Shown in pieces: positions 45,470 to 57,828 of a stretch of 64,000 nucleotides of DNA. A model generated the notes under the pieces. It made no database searches and was not told where the DNA came from. It was given only the letters and a program-made list of their open reading frames with translations. The first letter of the stretch is position 1, and each line of letters opens with the position of its first letter. The DNA comes from the human T2T-CHM13v2.0 reference genome, Homo sapiens: the NCBI RefSeq assembly GCF_009914755.1, contig NC_060925.1; one strand, 5' to 3'. The translations under genes were made by a program, and so were the position numbers.

Positions 45470-46120
45470 GTTAAATATCTGTTCTATATTCAGCACTGTG
45501 CTATGTACTGTGGAACACACACACACACAATGAAAACAATCACTGACTCAAAAAAATTTACTGATTCAACTGTGAATAAGACTTTTTCATTGTCTCCAAA
45601 AAACTAACAGTCTAATGAGAGATACACACCATAAAACAGATCAGAAAACAGTGGATTAGAGAACAGTGTGATCACTGCCACAATGGCAGCGCACATAATG
45701 AATTACAGAACACACAGAATAGGCACAGTGCACTCCCTGGTTGATCAGAGAATGCTTTCCAGAAGTAAGGACAGATTAGGTCTAAGGGGCAGGAAGGAGG
45801 GGAAATGGCTGAGAGAAAGAAGGAGAAAAACATTCCAAACAAAAGACAAGCAACTGCAAAGGCACAGAGGTGACAGTCAGATTAATTCCAGACCCTGATT
45901 ATAGTTCATTTCAGTATGATTGAAATATAGACAATGAGAGGGAAATTTGCAACAGATAATATAGAGAAGTAAACAGAGGCAAGATCATGGAGGAGACCAC
46001 GGCATTATAAGCCATGGGAAGTAATTTAATCTTCATCTTGAAAGCAATGGGAGCACAATGGGAGGGTTTTAAGCAAAGGAGAAACATAATCAGATTTCAT
46101 TTTAGAAATACAACTCTGGG
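45470..46120 (-). mobile_element. L2
   Basis: gcaatgggag...ttttaagcaaagga...atcagatttcattttagaaa. Confidence 0.7.
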
Positions 46121-47904
46121 AGACTTCCTGGTAAAGATGGCTGAGTAAGTTTAGACCATAGATTTTTTTCCTTTTCTAGTTCTCAGCAAAAAAAAAATTC
46201 ATTTATTTAAATGTACATGTAATTTATTAGAGAAAACCTCAGGATACTAGAAGGTCTACCTGCTAACACTAGTTCTCACCAGAAGCAAGAAAAATGCCAG
46301 GACTGTTTATTTTCCTGGGCCCCACACTGAATCTGGTCTAAAAATCATGGTTTGTCCCTCTGGGAACAGGATATACTTCCAATTAAGTAGAATGAATAAT
46401 GGCACAGGAGACTAACAAAATGCCAGAGGAGGGGGAAAAAAACATCTTTCAATGGGGCTGGAATGTCCAGTTCTCTGACAAAGGCTGCCCACGGGCCCAG
46501 CCAGCATTTCCCCTGCCCACTCCAGGCCTTCAGACTGCAATAACAAGAAAGAGCAGCAATGATCACTCCTCAAGTCTTAGGTATTGCACAAACTGCCATG
46601 GGTTCCTAAATGTCACTGTAAAGTAAATATAATCTAACCTTTTTTTATGACTTGAATCACAAAAACACAGAATTTCAGAGCTACAAAGAACCTCAGGGGT
46701 TATCAAGTGCAATTTCTGATCTAAAACTGAACCACCAAGTCAAGCACCATGCTTAGCTTGATACCAGAACAGCCTTGGGCTTACTACAGGCTTCCAAATT
46801 CTGGTACCCAATAAGAAGAGAGTCCTAGCTGTTGACTTTGTGAATTCCGTATCACAGTTGTTATCTTATGTCCCTTCCCAGCCCTCTGAGGAATGTGATT
46901 ATCTGTGGTTGTCCTTACGCACTCATGTAGTTCTCTGCTTTGGGGCTGTACTCTTTGTCTATAAGCCAGGAAACGGAAAACTGAGCTTGTTAAATTATCT
47001 CTAGAAAGAAGAATAGATCAAGACTAATTTAGCCCTGCCTGAGAATAAGAGGATTTTTCCTCTTTCTCCTTGTGAGTTAATTTTCTAGATAACTGACCTC
47101 CATTTAAATGAAGTGATGGTATATATGCAAGCAATTTCCTTAACAAGGTAAAAGAAATCCCTGTAAAGTTGAATCTTCAAATAAATGAAGTACTATAATT
47201 ATACCTAGTTTTCATTCATCTTATGTACTTTTTCAGGCTGTAGATTACCAGTAGTTCTAAATTTCCTTTACCTGGATCTCAGATTGCAAATGCTTACAAC
47301 GCACAAAATAAATAAAAGAGACTCCTGAGCTATCAGGAACATAGCTAGCACAAAGGTATGTTCATTTATAGAGAAGGGATACCTTCGGGTAATTCAATAA
47401 GTTGCTAAAAACTGTGCATAAAAGAAAAGTTGGTTAAATTAGCAAGTTATTTTATCTGATTTCCTTAAAGTGTTTGATTATAGCCAATAAGAAAGGTAAG
47501 GAAAGGCTGTTCAAGTCACACTAAAAAGTGAAGCTATGTCTCTCAAATTGTTCTGATTATATATGTGCAGGACAGATAGAGATGTAGATGCAGACAAATA
47601 GATCTATAAATACCTAAGAGGATAACAGCACACAAAGAATGTAAGATAATTCTATTACATTAAGAATTATAATGTCTAAACCTTTGAACATTTGAGGGAA
47701 GAATCTTCAATTTTCTATTTCTCAGTCCCCAAAATCTAAGATTTAAGAAAGTGGAAATATTTTCAAAACATTTGATACTTCCTTCTTATGAGCTCAAACA
47801 TTTATTTTATTTTAGAAGAGTATTTTATTTTAAAATAATGTAAAGTGACATGGCTGACTTAGTAAGTAAAAATGCAACTTCTGAAAACAGAAGACTATGC
47901 TTGG

Positions 47905-48051
47905 TCAGACAGGCTTCTCCACTCTTCATAGATGAGTTTGTTTCCTGATTTGGCATGAATGATTCCACTTCATGCAAACACCACTGAAGACAGAAGACTG
48001 AAGAAGGCAGAGACTGAGAGGAGCCAAAAGGCTATGGTGGGCCAAGACCTT
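47905..48051. repeat. Direct repeat, copy 1 (unassigned)
   Basis: Aligns with 50320-50474 at about 80% identity, judged by eye. Confidence 0.9.
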
Positions 48052-48309
48052 GCCAGGGCACAGCAGGGGAATGTCTGGCAGGATCCAGGCTATATGTCTG
48101 GCTCAACACCTGGAAGATGCTTTAAAAGAGCTTTTCTAACACCACGGCCCAAGGACACTGCTTGGTTAGAAACCCTGTAAAAATATACCAGCTTCACTGT
48201 CAGCACAATTTGCTAAGAGTTCAGAGAGAGAGAGAGGTAACAGCATGAATTAGAAGGCAACAAAATATTGGTTCTCTCATCTTTTTCTGAAGTAAAAAAC
48301 TTTGGCTGA

Positions 48310-48612
48310 GGCCAGGCATGGTGGCTCACGCCTATAATCCAGCACTTTGGGAGGCCAAGGCGGGCAGACCACCTAAGGTCAGGAGTTCGAGACCAGCCTG
48401 GCCAACATGGTGAAACCCCCATCTCTACTAAAAATACAAAAAAAAAAAAAAAAAATTAGCCAGGTGTGGTGGCACGTGCCTGTAATCCCAGCTACTCAGG
48501 AGGCTGAATCAGGAGAACTGCTTGAACCCAGGAGACAGAGGCTGCAGTGAGCCAAGATCATGTCACTGTACTCCAGTCTGGGTGACAAAGCAAGACGCCA
48601 TCTCAAAACAAA
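48310..48612 (+). mobile_element. AluSx-like
   Basis: Full dimer with expanded middle A-run. Confidence 0.93.
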
Positions 48613-49063
48613 AAAGAATTTTGACTGAGGAAAAGCTCTATGAACAAGGCCCTTGTCTCCAACATTGTAGTTACCCTTCTAAAATGCTCATAAATTTTCA
48701 AAAATGGTTTTAATCATCTAAAATTTCATTTCACTGTATTTGAGCCTCTAACTTTCACATTTAATTTAATCTAAAATGCCGTAACTTTTGAGTTCACATT
48801 TTATAGACAGAATGGTTTTCCTGAGTTCTTCTGGGTTTTCTCCCATCTTAGTGACTGCAAGTTTGTCAGTTGTGGGAACTATGTTTTACATCTGCTTTGA
48901 TTTTCCCTGTACAGTACATGAACTAGAGATGATATGGCAATAAATTTTCCTGTGAATACACACTAAATGAGGTAAAGGCAATTCCCGAATGCAGTAAACC
49001 ATTTTCTTTTTCCAAAAGATACCATAATAGATTGTTCACCAGAACAACTCCAAACATAAATAC

Positions 49064-49187
49064 CTGCAGGTGCTGCTTTTTTGCATCACTTCTGCCCTGT
49101 GATAGCCAGACAGCTTGCAAAATCCATCATTGCTGTACACAATAGGCCAGTCCACTATCTGAGCATTCCCCAACACAAAATTAGTAT
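49064..49187 (-). CDS. KCNH1: KCNH1 exon 2 (124 nt, phase 1 to 2), PAS domain N-terminal part
   Basis: Acceptor T13-aacAG, donor CAG|GTATTT; translates (D)[40 protein letters not shown](S). Confidence 0.98.
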
Positions 49188-50319
49188 CTGTTAAAAAAAA
49201 AAAAAGGGAAAAAAGGGCACATGAGGCAACACATTAGTTGAGATTCAATGAGGACATAAATAATGTCAAGCAATCCAGATATTTCTGATTCCCTCCAAAA
49301 CATAGACTCTTGAACAGAAATGTCGCCCTGTAAGGAATATAAAACAACATTGTTTTAGAAGTGAATATCTTGAATGCAAGTGCTAACTTAGGTCACTGTA
49401 CTCCAAAAAGAAGTTAGGAAAGAAAGCATACTTAACCAACCAACCAACAAATCCTGCAGAAACTCAGTGGATTCCCATGAGACATATTTAAGTCCTAATT
49501 TTTCATCCCAGTGAAGGTATACCAATATTACAGAGCAAGAGAGAGCCCAAAAGTAATTTATTCTGAGCTCTGTCCAGCATCTTAGCCTTTTCAGTCTTTT
49601 GGCCAGAAGCTAAAAATTTGCCTTCTTGACCCTAACTAGGATTTGCCCAACCTAGGAGGGCATCTCAGGAAGGCACAGAAAGGAGGCTGAACACTTCCTC
49701 ATGGACACACACAGCACCATGGAACCCTCCCCTTGGTGAGGAATAGTAACTAGACTCTCTTAATACTAGAGCTTTGTAGAGGCTGATCAAGATGCTCACA
49801 CAACAGGACCTTCTTGCTAATTTTGAAATTCTTGCTGATTTTGAAACGCAGCCACAGAGCTGCATTTTGGGGCTCTGTCACAGAGCAGCAGCCTACCACA
49901 CACTCATAATGCAGGGTTTAGGTAGGCTAGTTGTGTTTGGCCAGCTTAGGGTATTCTCACTACTTCCCACATTTTTGAAAATCAGTCGTCAATACTTTTT
50001 ATGCTCAGGATATCAACTGTCCTTCCTTTCTTTTCAAGCATTTCAATTAAGCAAATAACATCCAGAACTTAAATGTAATCATTATTTTAGTTTGGCCCTT
50101 CCTTTCCACAGAAGACCCACCCACTTCCCCCACCCTCCAAAAACAGAAACAATACAAACAGCCTTCTTTAGTTGTAAACTGGAGAGGGTATTATGTGTGT
50201 CTGTGTGTGTGTGTGTGTGTGTATACACATACTACATAGAGTGAAATAATAGTGATATATTATATCATCATTTAATTGAAAGCATTTACAGTTTTTTCAC
50301 AATATGGGTAACCATCCCT

Positions 50320-50474
50320 TCAGATAGGCTTCTCCACCCTTCTTAGATGAGTTTATTCTTGATTTGGCAGGCTTGGGAAAATGATTCCACTTCATGCAGA
50401 CACCACTGAAGACAAAAGACTTGGAAGAAGACAGGGCCTGAGAGGAGATAAGGGTTGTGGTGAGCCAAGACCTT
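50320..50474. repeat. Direct repeat, copy 2 (unassigned)
   Basis: Shared core aatgattccacttcatgca-acaccactgaagaca. Confidence 0.9.
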
Positions 50475-50659
50475 ACAAAGGAGGGCAAGGGAGGAGGAAT
50501 TACTAAATACAGCAATCTATTCTTGAGAATGCTTTGATCTATTTAAAAGGAACAGAAAATACAACATTTATGATGTGAATCTATAAAGCTACTATTTTTA
50601 TAAATATGCTTTTAATGAAAATCTACAACCAGTCCTTCCCTCCATCTCTCCCATATATA

Positions 50660-51180
50660 CATAAATTGTTCTTGAGTGCCAACAGGTGCCAAGCACAATG
50701 CAAGACCCTGGGGGTCTCCAGATTGATAAGAAATGGTCCCTGCACTCAAGGAACTTAGCAAGACAAATAGATATGTCCACAACTAACTAAAGGAACAGGT
50801 AATAAAACAATGAACTCTGAGAGAGGTAAAGGGCTGCGTCTCAGAGGGGATAATATTTGAACTTGCTCTAGTCTAAAAGGATGAGTAAGATTTATTTAAA
50901 CTTTTTGAATGCCTAAAAGGTAACTGGCACAGATAATACAAAAACAATAGATATAGAAATTAAAATATGGTCACTGTCTTCATGAACTCAAGAGGGTGTG
51001 AGAGGAAGGGAACATTCCAGGCAGAGGATCCAGCATGGGCAAAGGCATGGCAGCATGGAACACAGTGCAGGCTAGGGTAGACAAAGGGCAGCCAGGAAGA
51101 GTGGCAGGATGAGTAACTGAAGACTAGACTGGGAAGGATCTGGAATGAACAAAGTCAGAGAGCTTTGATTTTATCGTAGG
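50660..51180 (-). mobile_element. L2
   Basis: tggtccctgcactcaaggaact; gaacattccaggcagagg...gcaaaggc. Confidence 0.7.
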
Positions 51181-51479
51181 GGCAGAATAATCCTTCATAT
51201 TGGTCTTCTCTCCCTGAATAAACTCACATTTCCTGAACTGAATAGCTTAGACTTAAAAGTAGTACAGTATTTACTAAATTACTCCCAAGTGTATATGAAG
51301 CCTAGTTGGTTTGACCATCTCTTGTTAAATCCTGAAATAGTAGTTAATTTCCCTCAAAACACCTAGAGCAGGAGGAAAAACTGAGTGTGCTTTATCATGG
51401 CTAATGCTCCACTGAGATTATCTATGCGGAAAGAGGGAAGAATAGCCAGTTATAGATAATGAGTTGACCACATATGTTT

Positions 51480-52870
51480 ATTTTCTCTTGTATACCAGAC
51501 CCCAGTAAAATAAAAGTAAACAAATTAAAAATGTAAAAATCCACAAAAATGAAAATTAGGTTAAAAAGAATGAACCAAAAAAAACTGGGGAAGAAGCAGC
51601 AATATTATAGGAAACAGAGAAGAACTTTAAAAAAAAAATCTAATTGGTATCCTTAGAGAGATTCAAGAAGTATTACATCCACAAAACAAAAACAGAATGC
51701 TATGAGGAAAAAAAAATAAGGGAACAAGAACTCTTATAAATTAAAATGAATAGCAATTAAATATTCAACATGAATTTTAGAAGATAAAGTCTTACAGAAA
51801 GTAGTACAGAAAGAGAAAGAGACAAGAAACAGAGAAGAAAAAAAAAAAGACATGAGGATCAGTCCAACAGGAAAAACATATACCCTAAGAGGAACAGCAA
51901 AAAGAACAACATGAGAAAAGGCCAGAGGACATTCTCTTTAAAATTAAAACAATAAAATGTGAGTGTATAATGAAGATATTTTCATATATGCAAAGATTAG
52001 GGGAAATTATTTACCACATATTCTTTCTTTGGCAGTTACTTGAGGATGTGTACCAGCAAAATGAGGGAATAAAGCAAAAAGGAGGACAACATGGAAACCA
52101 GGAAAAAATAGCTCCAAATGTAGAAAGCAAGGAAGAGAGCTAGTAGACAGTATTCAATACTGAACAATTCAGAGACTAGAAGTTCCAAAAGAGAATTATC
52201 TGGGGGTAAAGGAGGTTAGGATTTGATTATATTCTTGATCATTTAGAACAACATTATCAATAAAGGTATGGCAGGAAAGGGAATTAGAAACATCAAAGGA
52301 AAACAAAAACCAAAATCTCATGGTCACATCATTGTAGGAATACGGTAAGCACCTTATTAATTTTGAATTTTAAAACCAATACATAATAAAGGATGGAATA
52401 TTTAATTATCATAAGTATCTGAATGTAATCTCATTGATTCTGATGCTAAAAATACAGGTGATAAAAGTTTAGGGAGAGAAAAGAGAACAATGATGAAGCA
52501 AATAAGAGATAGTGTGTACAGCTGATTAAAAAAATGGTATAAATATTTTACTTAAAGTTGCAAAGATAAATAAGAGAGTAATATAATTATATTAGGAGGA
52601 GGGGTAGGGAGTAAGATTAAGTGAGCTAAAACCTCAACTAATTAACAGAAGTCAACAGATAATATCCAGAATGGATAAATCTATAAATAGCTCTAATGCA
52701 TGTTATTTAGAGACATGGCAGAAACTATAAGAAGAAAGCTAAAATTAGAAGCCATGGCCTCTGGTGAGTAGGATGGGAGGAGGGACAAGGCATAGAATGG
52801 TTATTTACATTACATTACAAGCTCTTCTGCTTGATTTTTGTAAACATGAACTTACTGACTTTGATAAAAA
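51480..52870 (+). mobile_element. Highly decayed L1ME/HAL1-like sequence
   Basis: A-rich L1-like motifs (acttgaggatgtgtaccagcaaaatgaggga). Confidence 0.5.
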
Positions 52871-53097
52871 TAACTATGTACTTAATTTTAATTAATTTAA
52901 TCATAAAAGATTAATTTATTGATTAAATTTTTTACTTACTGAAAAATGAGAGCAAGATAGATTTCAAGCTCCAGATATCACTGCAAGTGCTCACAAAAAT
53001 GTTCTGATAACCTTTTAAAGTGGTTTATCCTTTCGTAAGCATACCCTCAGTCCCTGGTGTGCATATTACAGCCCCATCTAAGAAAAACCAAACCCAC

Positions 53098-54205
53098 CGC
53101 CTCTGCCCAGCGGTCCCACCGTCTGGGAAGTCAGGAGCGCCTCTGCCCGGCCCCCCCACCGTCTGGGAAGTGAGGAGCACCTCTGCCCGGCCACCGCATG
53201 GTCTGGGAAGTCAGGAGCGCTTCTGCCCGGCCCCCACCCTTTGCCACCGTCTGGGAAGTGAGGAGCCCCTCTGCCCGGCCGCCCATCGTCTGGGAAGTGA
53301 GAACGGCCTCTCCTTGGCCGCCAAACTGCTGGTAAGTGAGGAGCACCTCTGCCCGGCCCCCCGCCCCGTCTGGGAAGTGAGGAGCGCCTCTGCCCAGCCA
53401 CCTCACTGTCTGGGAAGTTGGAGCGCCTCTGCCCGGCCCCCACCCCGTCTGGGAAGTGAGGAGCCCCTAACCTGGCCGCTGCACTGTCTGGGAAGTGAAG
53501 AACGCCTCTGCCCGCCCTCCCCCACCCCACCCAACCCCAGTCTGGGAAGTGAGGAGCGCCTCTGCTTGGCTGCCCACCATCTGGGAAGTGAGGAGTGCCT
53601 CTGCCTGGCTACTGCACCGTCTAGGAAGTGAGGTGCCCCTCTGCCTGGCCGCTGCACTGTCTGGGAAGTGAGGAGCACCTCTGCTTGGCTGCCCACCATC
53701 TGGGAAGTGAGGAGCGCCTCTGCCTGGCTACTGCACCATCTAGGAAGTGAGGTGCCCCTCTGCCTGGCCGCTGTACTGTCTGGGAAGTGAGGAGCGCCTC
53801 TGCCCAGCCACCTCACCGTCTGGGAAGTTGGAGCGCCTCTGCCCCGCCACTGCACCGTCTGGGAAGTGAGGAGCATCTCTGGCCTGCCTCCGCCCCGTCT
53901 GGGAAGTGAGGAGCCCCTAACCTGGCCGCTGCACTGTCTGGGAAGTGAGGAGCTCCTCTGCCCCATCCCCCACCGCCCACCCCCCTCCACCCCTCCACCC
54001 CTCCCCCGGGGCCCGGGTCTGGGAAGCGAGGAGTGCCTCTGCTTGGCCGCCCCACCGTCTGGGAAGCAAGGAGCTCCTCTGCCCCGCCGCTGTGCAACTC
54101 TCCAAGTATGAAGTGACAGCCTTGTGTGTGATCTTTCTGCCCTCCCCAAGTTTGCATTTTCGACATTAAAGTTTACTTTTTATTAAATAAATAAAAACAA
54201 AAACA
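53098..54205 (+). mobile_element. SVA2-type retroposon: VNTR (~23 units of ~40 bp), unique 3' end and A tail
   Basis: Units tctgggaagtgaggagcgcctctgcccggcc; no SINE-R; 3' tgtgcaactctccaagtatgaagtgacagccttgtgtgtg...attaaa; TSD aaaaaccaaacccac / aaaaaacaagcccac. Confidence 0.85.
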
Positions 54206-54699
54206 AAAAAACAAGCCCACTAGCATCTTCTCTGACTTTAGTAAGGGAAACAGAAAAATAGGAAGTGCAGTAGGAATAGAATCATCAGCCTATCACCCAC
54301 TCAGAAGATTCTCACCATAGAATTTAAAGTTCCAAAATAGTTTCCTCTCACTACTAACCCAAGCAAGCAATTATAGCTCTAGGGAGCAAGATTCCCTTGT
54401 CACTCCATGATAGAAGGTCTAGGAATTCCCTCTTTACCCAAGGAGTTAGAGAGAATGGAAGAAAGATTTCTAGTCCCTGCCACAAAGCCGTCTGCCTCCA
54501 ACAGTATAGAAATTCTTCCCCCATCCCTTCCCCATTCCTAGCACGCACGTTCTCTTCTATTTTAAACCACAAATAATCGACCTGTAAATTACCTTCCAGA
54601 ACACAATCTGTTTATAAGTTAGGGGCTACCCATATAAATACCATAACACCACATATATCATTAGGAATTAAGGGATTCCACATAAGTGAGATTTTAGAT

Positions 54700-54970
54700 A
54701 TTAATAATAATGGGTACCATTTATTGATAATTACTCTTTACCAGGTACTGTTTTAAGTACTTTACCATATATCATGGTTTTTTTCAACCTTTACATGAAT
54801 CTTTGTGAAGAATTATTACTTTACTGAAGGAAGTCTCAGGGATTTCATCATTTTACTCATGAGGAACCTGAGTCTCTGAGGATGCACAATAACCATTTAT
54901 ACCAGGGTAAAGTTGGGATTTGAACCTAGGTCTATGTGACTTCAAAATTTATGCTTTTAATCATTATATT
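54700..54970 (-). mobile_element. MIR
   Basis: aataataatgggtaccatttattga...gggatttgaacctaggtct. Confidence 0.75.
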
Positions 54971-55623
54971 ACATGGTCTGCTTATGCCATTGGGTGCTAA
55001 AATCAGACCATTTCTATGAATACCGTTATTGTAGTCATACATTGTTATTCTGCCTTCTGATATACAATGATGCCCTCTGGAAATTTTGATGTGAGTAGAA
55101 GTCATTGTCCCACTTCTAAATGCTTGGGTTCTCCTGTCTATCTTTTCAATGTTTGGTCTCTTCCTTGAAGACTACCATCTTTTACTTCTTAAAACTTAGT
55201 GTGCTGGCCAATTTCTATAACAGTCCTGCTCCCATACAATGGAAGAGGAGAAGGAACAGGGGAGAAGAGGGTAAACTTTGTGCCTGGCTCCCCATTTGAC
55301 ACTCAGGGGTGAGGAAGAATACCACACTGGGTGACCCAAATCAGCTGCACAGGAAACTTGGCCATGTTAGCACTCCTGAGCCTCCCTCAGTTCCCATGGA
55401 GTCTGGAAAGAATCCAGAAGTCCCCAACTGCCCGTGGCTGCTGAAGTTGAATAAGCAGATGGTTATCACAGTGGAGTGAGCTGACCTTATAGCCAAGGGC
55501 TATATGTCAACCTACCCAATCCTAGGATCAACTGGGGTGGGTGGGGGTGTTCAGGGGAGGACGGTGAGTCAGGCAAATATCAGACATGAGCTGGAGGCCA
55601 ATAATAGCCTACATTAGATCAAG

Positions 55624-55657
55624 TCTCTCTCTCTCTCTGTCTCTCTCTCTCTCTCTA

Positions 55658-55697
<40 letters not shown>

Positions 55698-55706
55698 ACA
55701 CACACA
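55624..55706. repeat. Compound (CT)n(CA)n microsatellite
   Basis: Directly visible in the sequence. Confidence 0.95.
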
Positions 55707-56611
55707 GAGAAAGAGAGAATATGTGTGTTGGATTGGGGCAGAGGTACCAAGTTTCATTCAATCCAAGAGAATGGAACATAAGTTCGCCAGCTGTGGACTG
55801 GAGCCCCACATATCAGCTGAGCACCCAGTGACCAGCAGAGCAGGGACCATTGCCAGAGACCCAAGGAACAAGAGGGGAAAAATAGGGCTCTCCATCCAGG
55901 GCTCTGAGGCTCCAGATACTATGCAAGGGCCACTTGTTTCCACCCCACACACCATCTTAGAAGCAATGAGGTGGGTAGAAGTGCAATCTGAACCCACCCA
56001 GAAGAGACTGAGTTACCCAAAAGACTATTTAAACTGGAAGAGCTCGAGATACCACTTTATAGTCCCCTCAACCACATTCCCTTTGCTATTCAGTAAGATG
56101 GGAGGGAATGGCAAAGGGGAAGATTAGATCTGTTAAATAAAATAAAGAAATAAGCCTATGTATGTCTGAGTAAATTTGCCAGCGTGCCTCTAGAAGTACG
56201 TCTGCCATAAGAATAAACAGGCTGAGAAAATGGGAATCTCCTGAATAAAGTACATAAATTCCAGTACGAGGACACTATGACAGCAACTTTGCTTAGCCAA
56301 GGTTTCTTAATTCCCCCAGGTGGTTGGCCATATTCCCCATGGTTGAGAATGCCAAATAAGAGAGCTAAAGTGACGCGACACAGAGTTTCTAGCCAAATGC
56401 ACACAGATGGGCGTTCTACATCCAAACATAAATGACTCTGGGATTATTTACTATTTTTTGCACTCAGTAAACAGAAACCTAATTTTAAGCTAAGCAAAAC
56501 ATAATTAGCAAAGTAACCCACTGCTTGGACAAAATATCAAATAATATATAATCTCCTACATAAATAAATGGAAATATATCCCATGTTCATGTACTGGAAG
56601 AATTAATAATT

Positions 56612-56975
<364 letters not shown>

Positions 56976-57008
56976 AAGAATTAATATCGTTAACATGTTC
57001 AGACTACC

Positions 57009-57389
57009 TGTGATGGTTAATACTGAGTGTCAAATTGATTGGATTTAAGGATGCAAAGTATTAATCCTTGGTATGTCTGTGAGGGTGTTGCCAAAGGAGA
57101 TTAACATTTGAGTCAGTGGGCTGGGGAAGGCAGACCCACCCTTAATCTGGTGGGCACCATCTAATCAGCTTCCAGCAAATATAAAGCAGGCAGAAAAACG
57201 TAAAAAGGCAAGACTGCTCTAGCCTTCCAGACTACATCTTTCTCCTGTGCTGGATGCTTCCTGCCCTCAAACATCGGTCTCCAAGTTCTTCAGTTTTGGG
57301 ACTCGGACTGGCTCTCCTTGCTCCTCAGCTTGCAGACAGGCTATTGTGGGTCCTTGTGATTGTGTAAGTTAATACTTAATAAACTCCCC

Positions 57390-57427
<38 letters not shown>

Positions 57428-57474
57428 TACACATCCTATTAGTCCTGTCCTTCTAGAGAACCCTGACTAATACA
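57009..57474 (+). mobile_element. MLT2A (HERVL) solo LTR
   Basis: TG...CA ends; perfect 5-bp TSD ctacc; internal (TA)n(CA)n. Confidence 0.93.
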
Positions 57475-57532
57475 CTACCCAAAGTGATCTACAGATTAAA
57501 TGCAATCCTTATCAGAATTCCAAGGACATTTC

Positions 57533-57828
57533 AGCCAGGCATGGTGGCTCACATGTGTAATCCCAACACTTTAAGAGGCCAAGGTGGGAGAATTGCTTGA
57601 GCTCAGGAGTTTGAGACCAGCCTGGGCACCAAAGTTAGCTTGTCTCCAATAAAAACTTTTTAAAAATTAGCCGGACACAATGGCATGTGCCCATAGTCCC
57701 AGATACTCGGGAGGCTGAGGTGGGAGGATCACTTGAGCAAAAGAGGTCAAGGCTGCAGTGAGCTATGAGCATGCCACTGCAATCCAGCCTGGGCAACAGA
57801 GCAAGACCCTGTCTCTATAAAAACAAAC
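57533..57828 (+). mobile_element. AluJ
   Basis: gcttgagctcaggagtttgag; gaggtcaaggctgcagtgagctatg. Confidence 0.9.

Noticed and set aside
47924-47990. C/D snoRNA-like layout in the duplicated segment (agatga...ctga...atga...ctga)
   Set aside because: The C box is non-consensus, the terminal stem is poor, the internal CTGA is lost in copy 2, and it is antisense to the host intron
53098-54090. CRISPR-like repeat-spacer array
   Set aside because: Eukaryotic VNTR; the apparent spacers are homologous to each other
53020-54169. Long overlapping ORFs (up to 248 aa) on both strands
   Set aside because: By-product of a stop-poor GC-rich VNTR; the peptides are repetitive and have no gene structure
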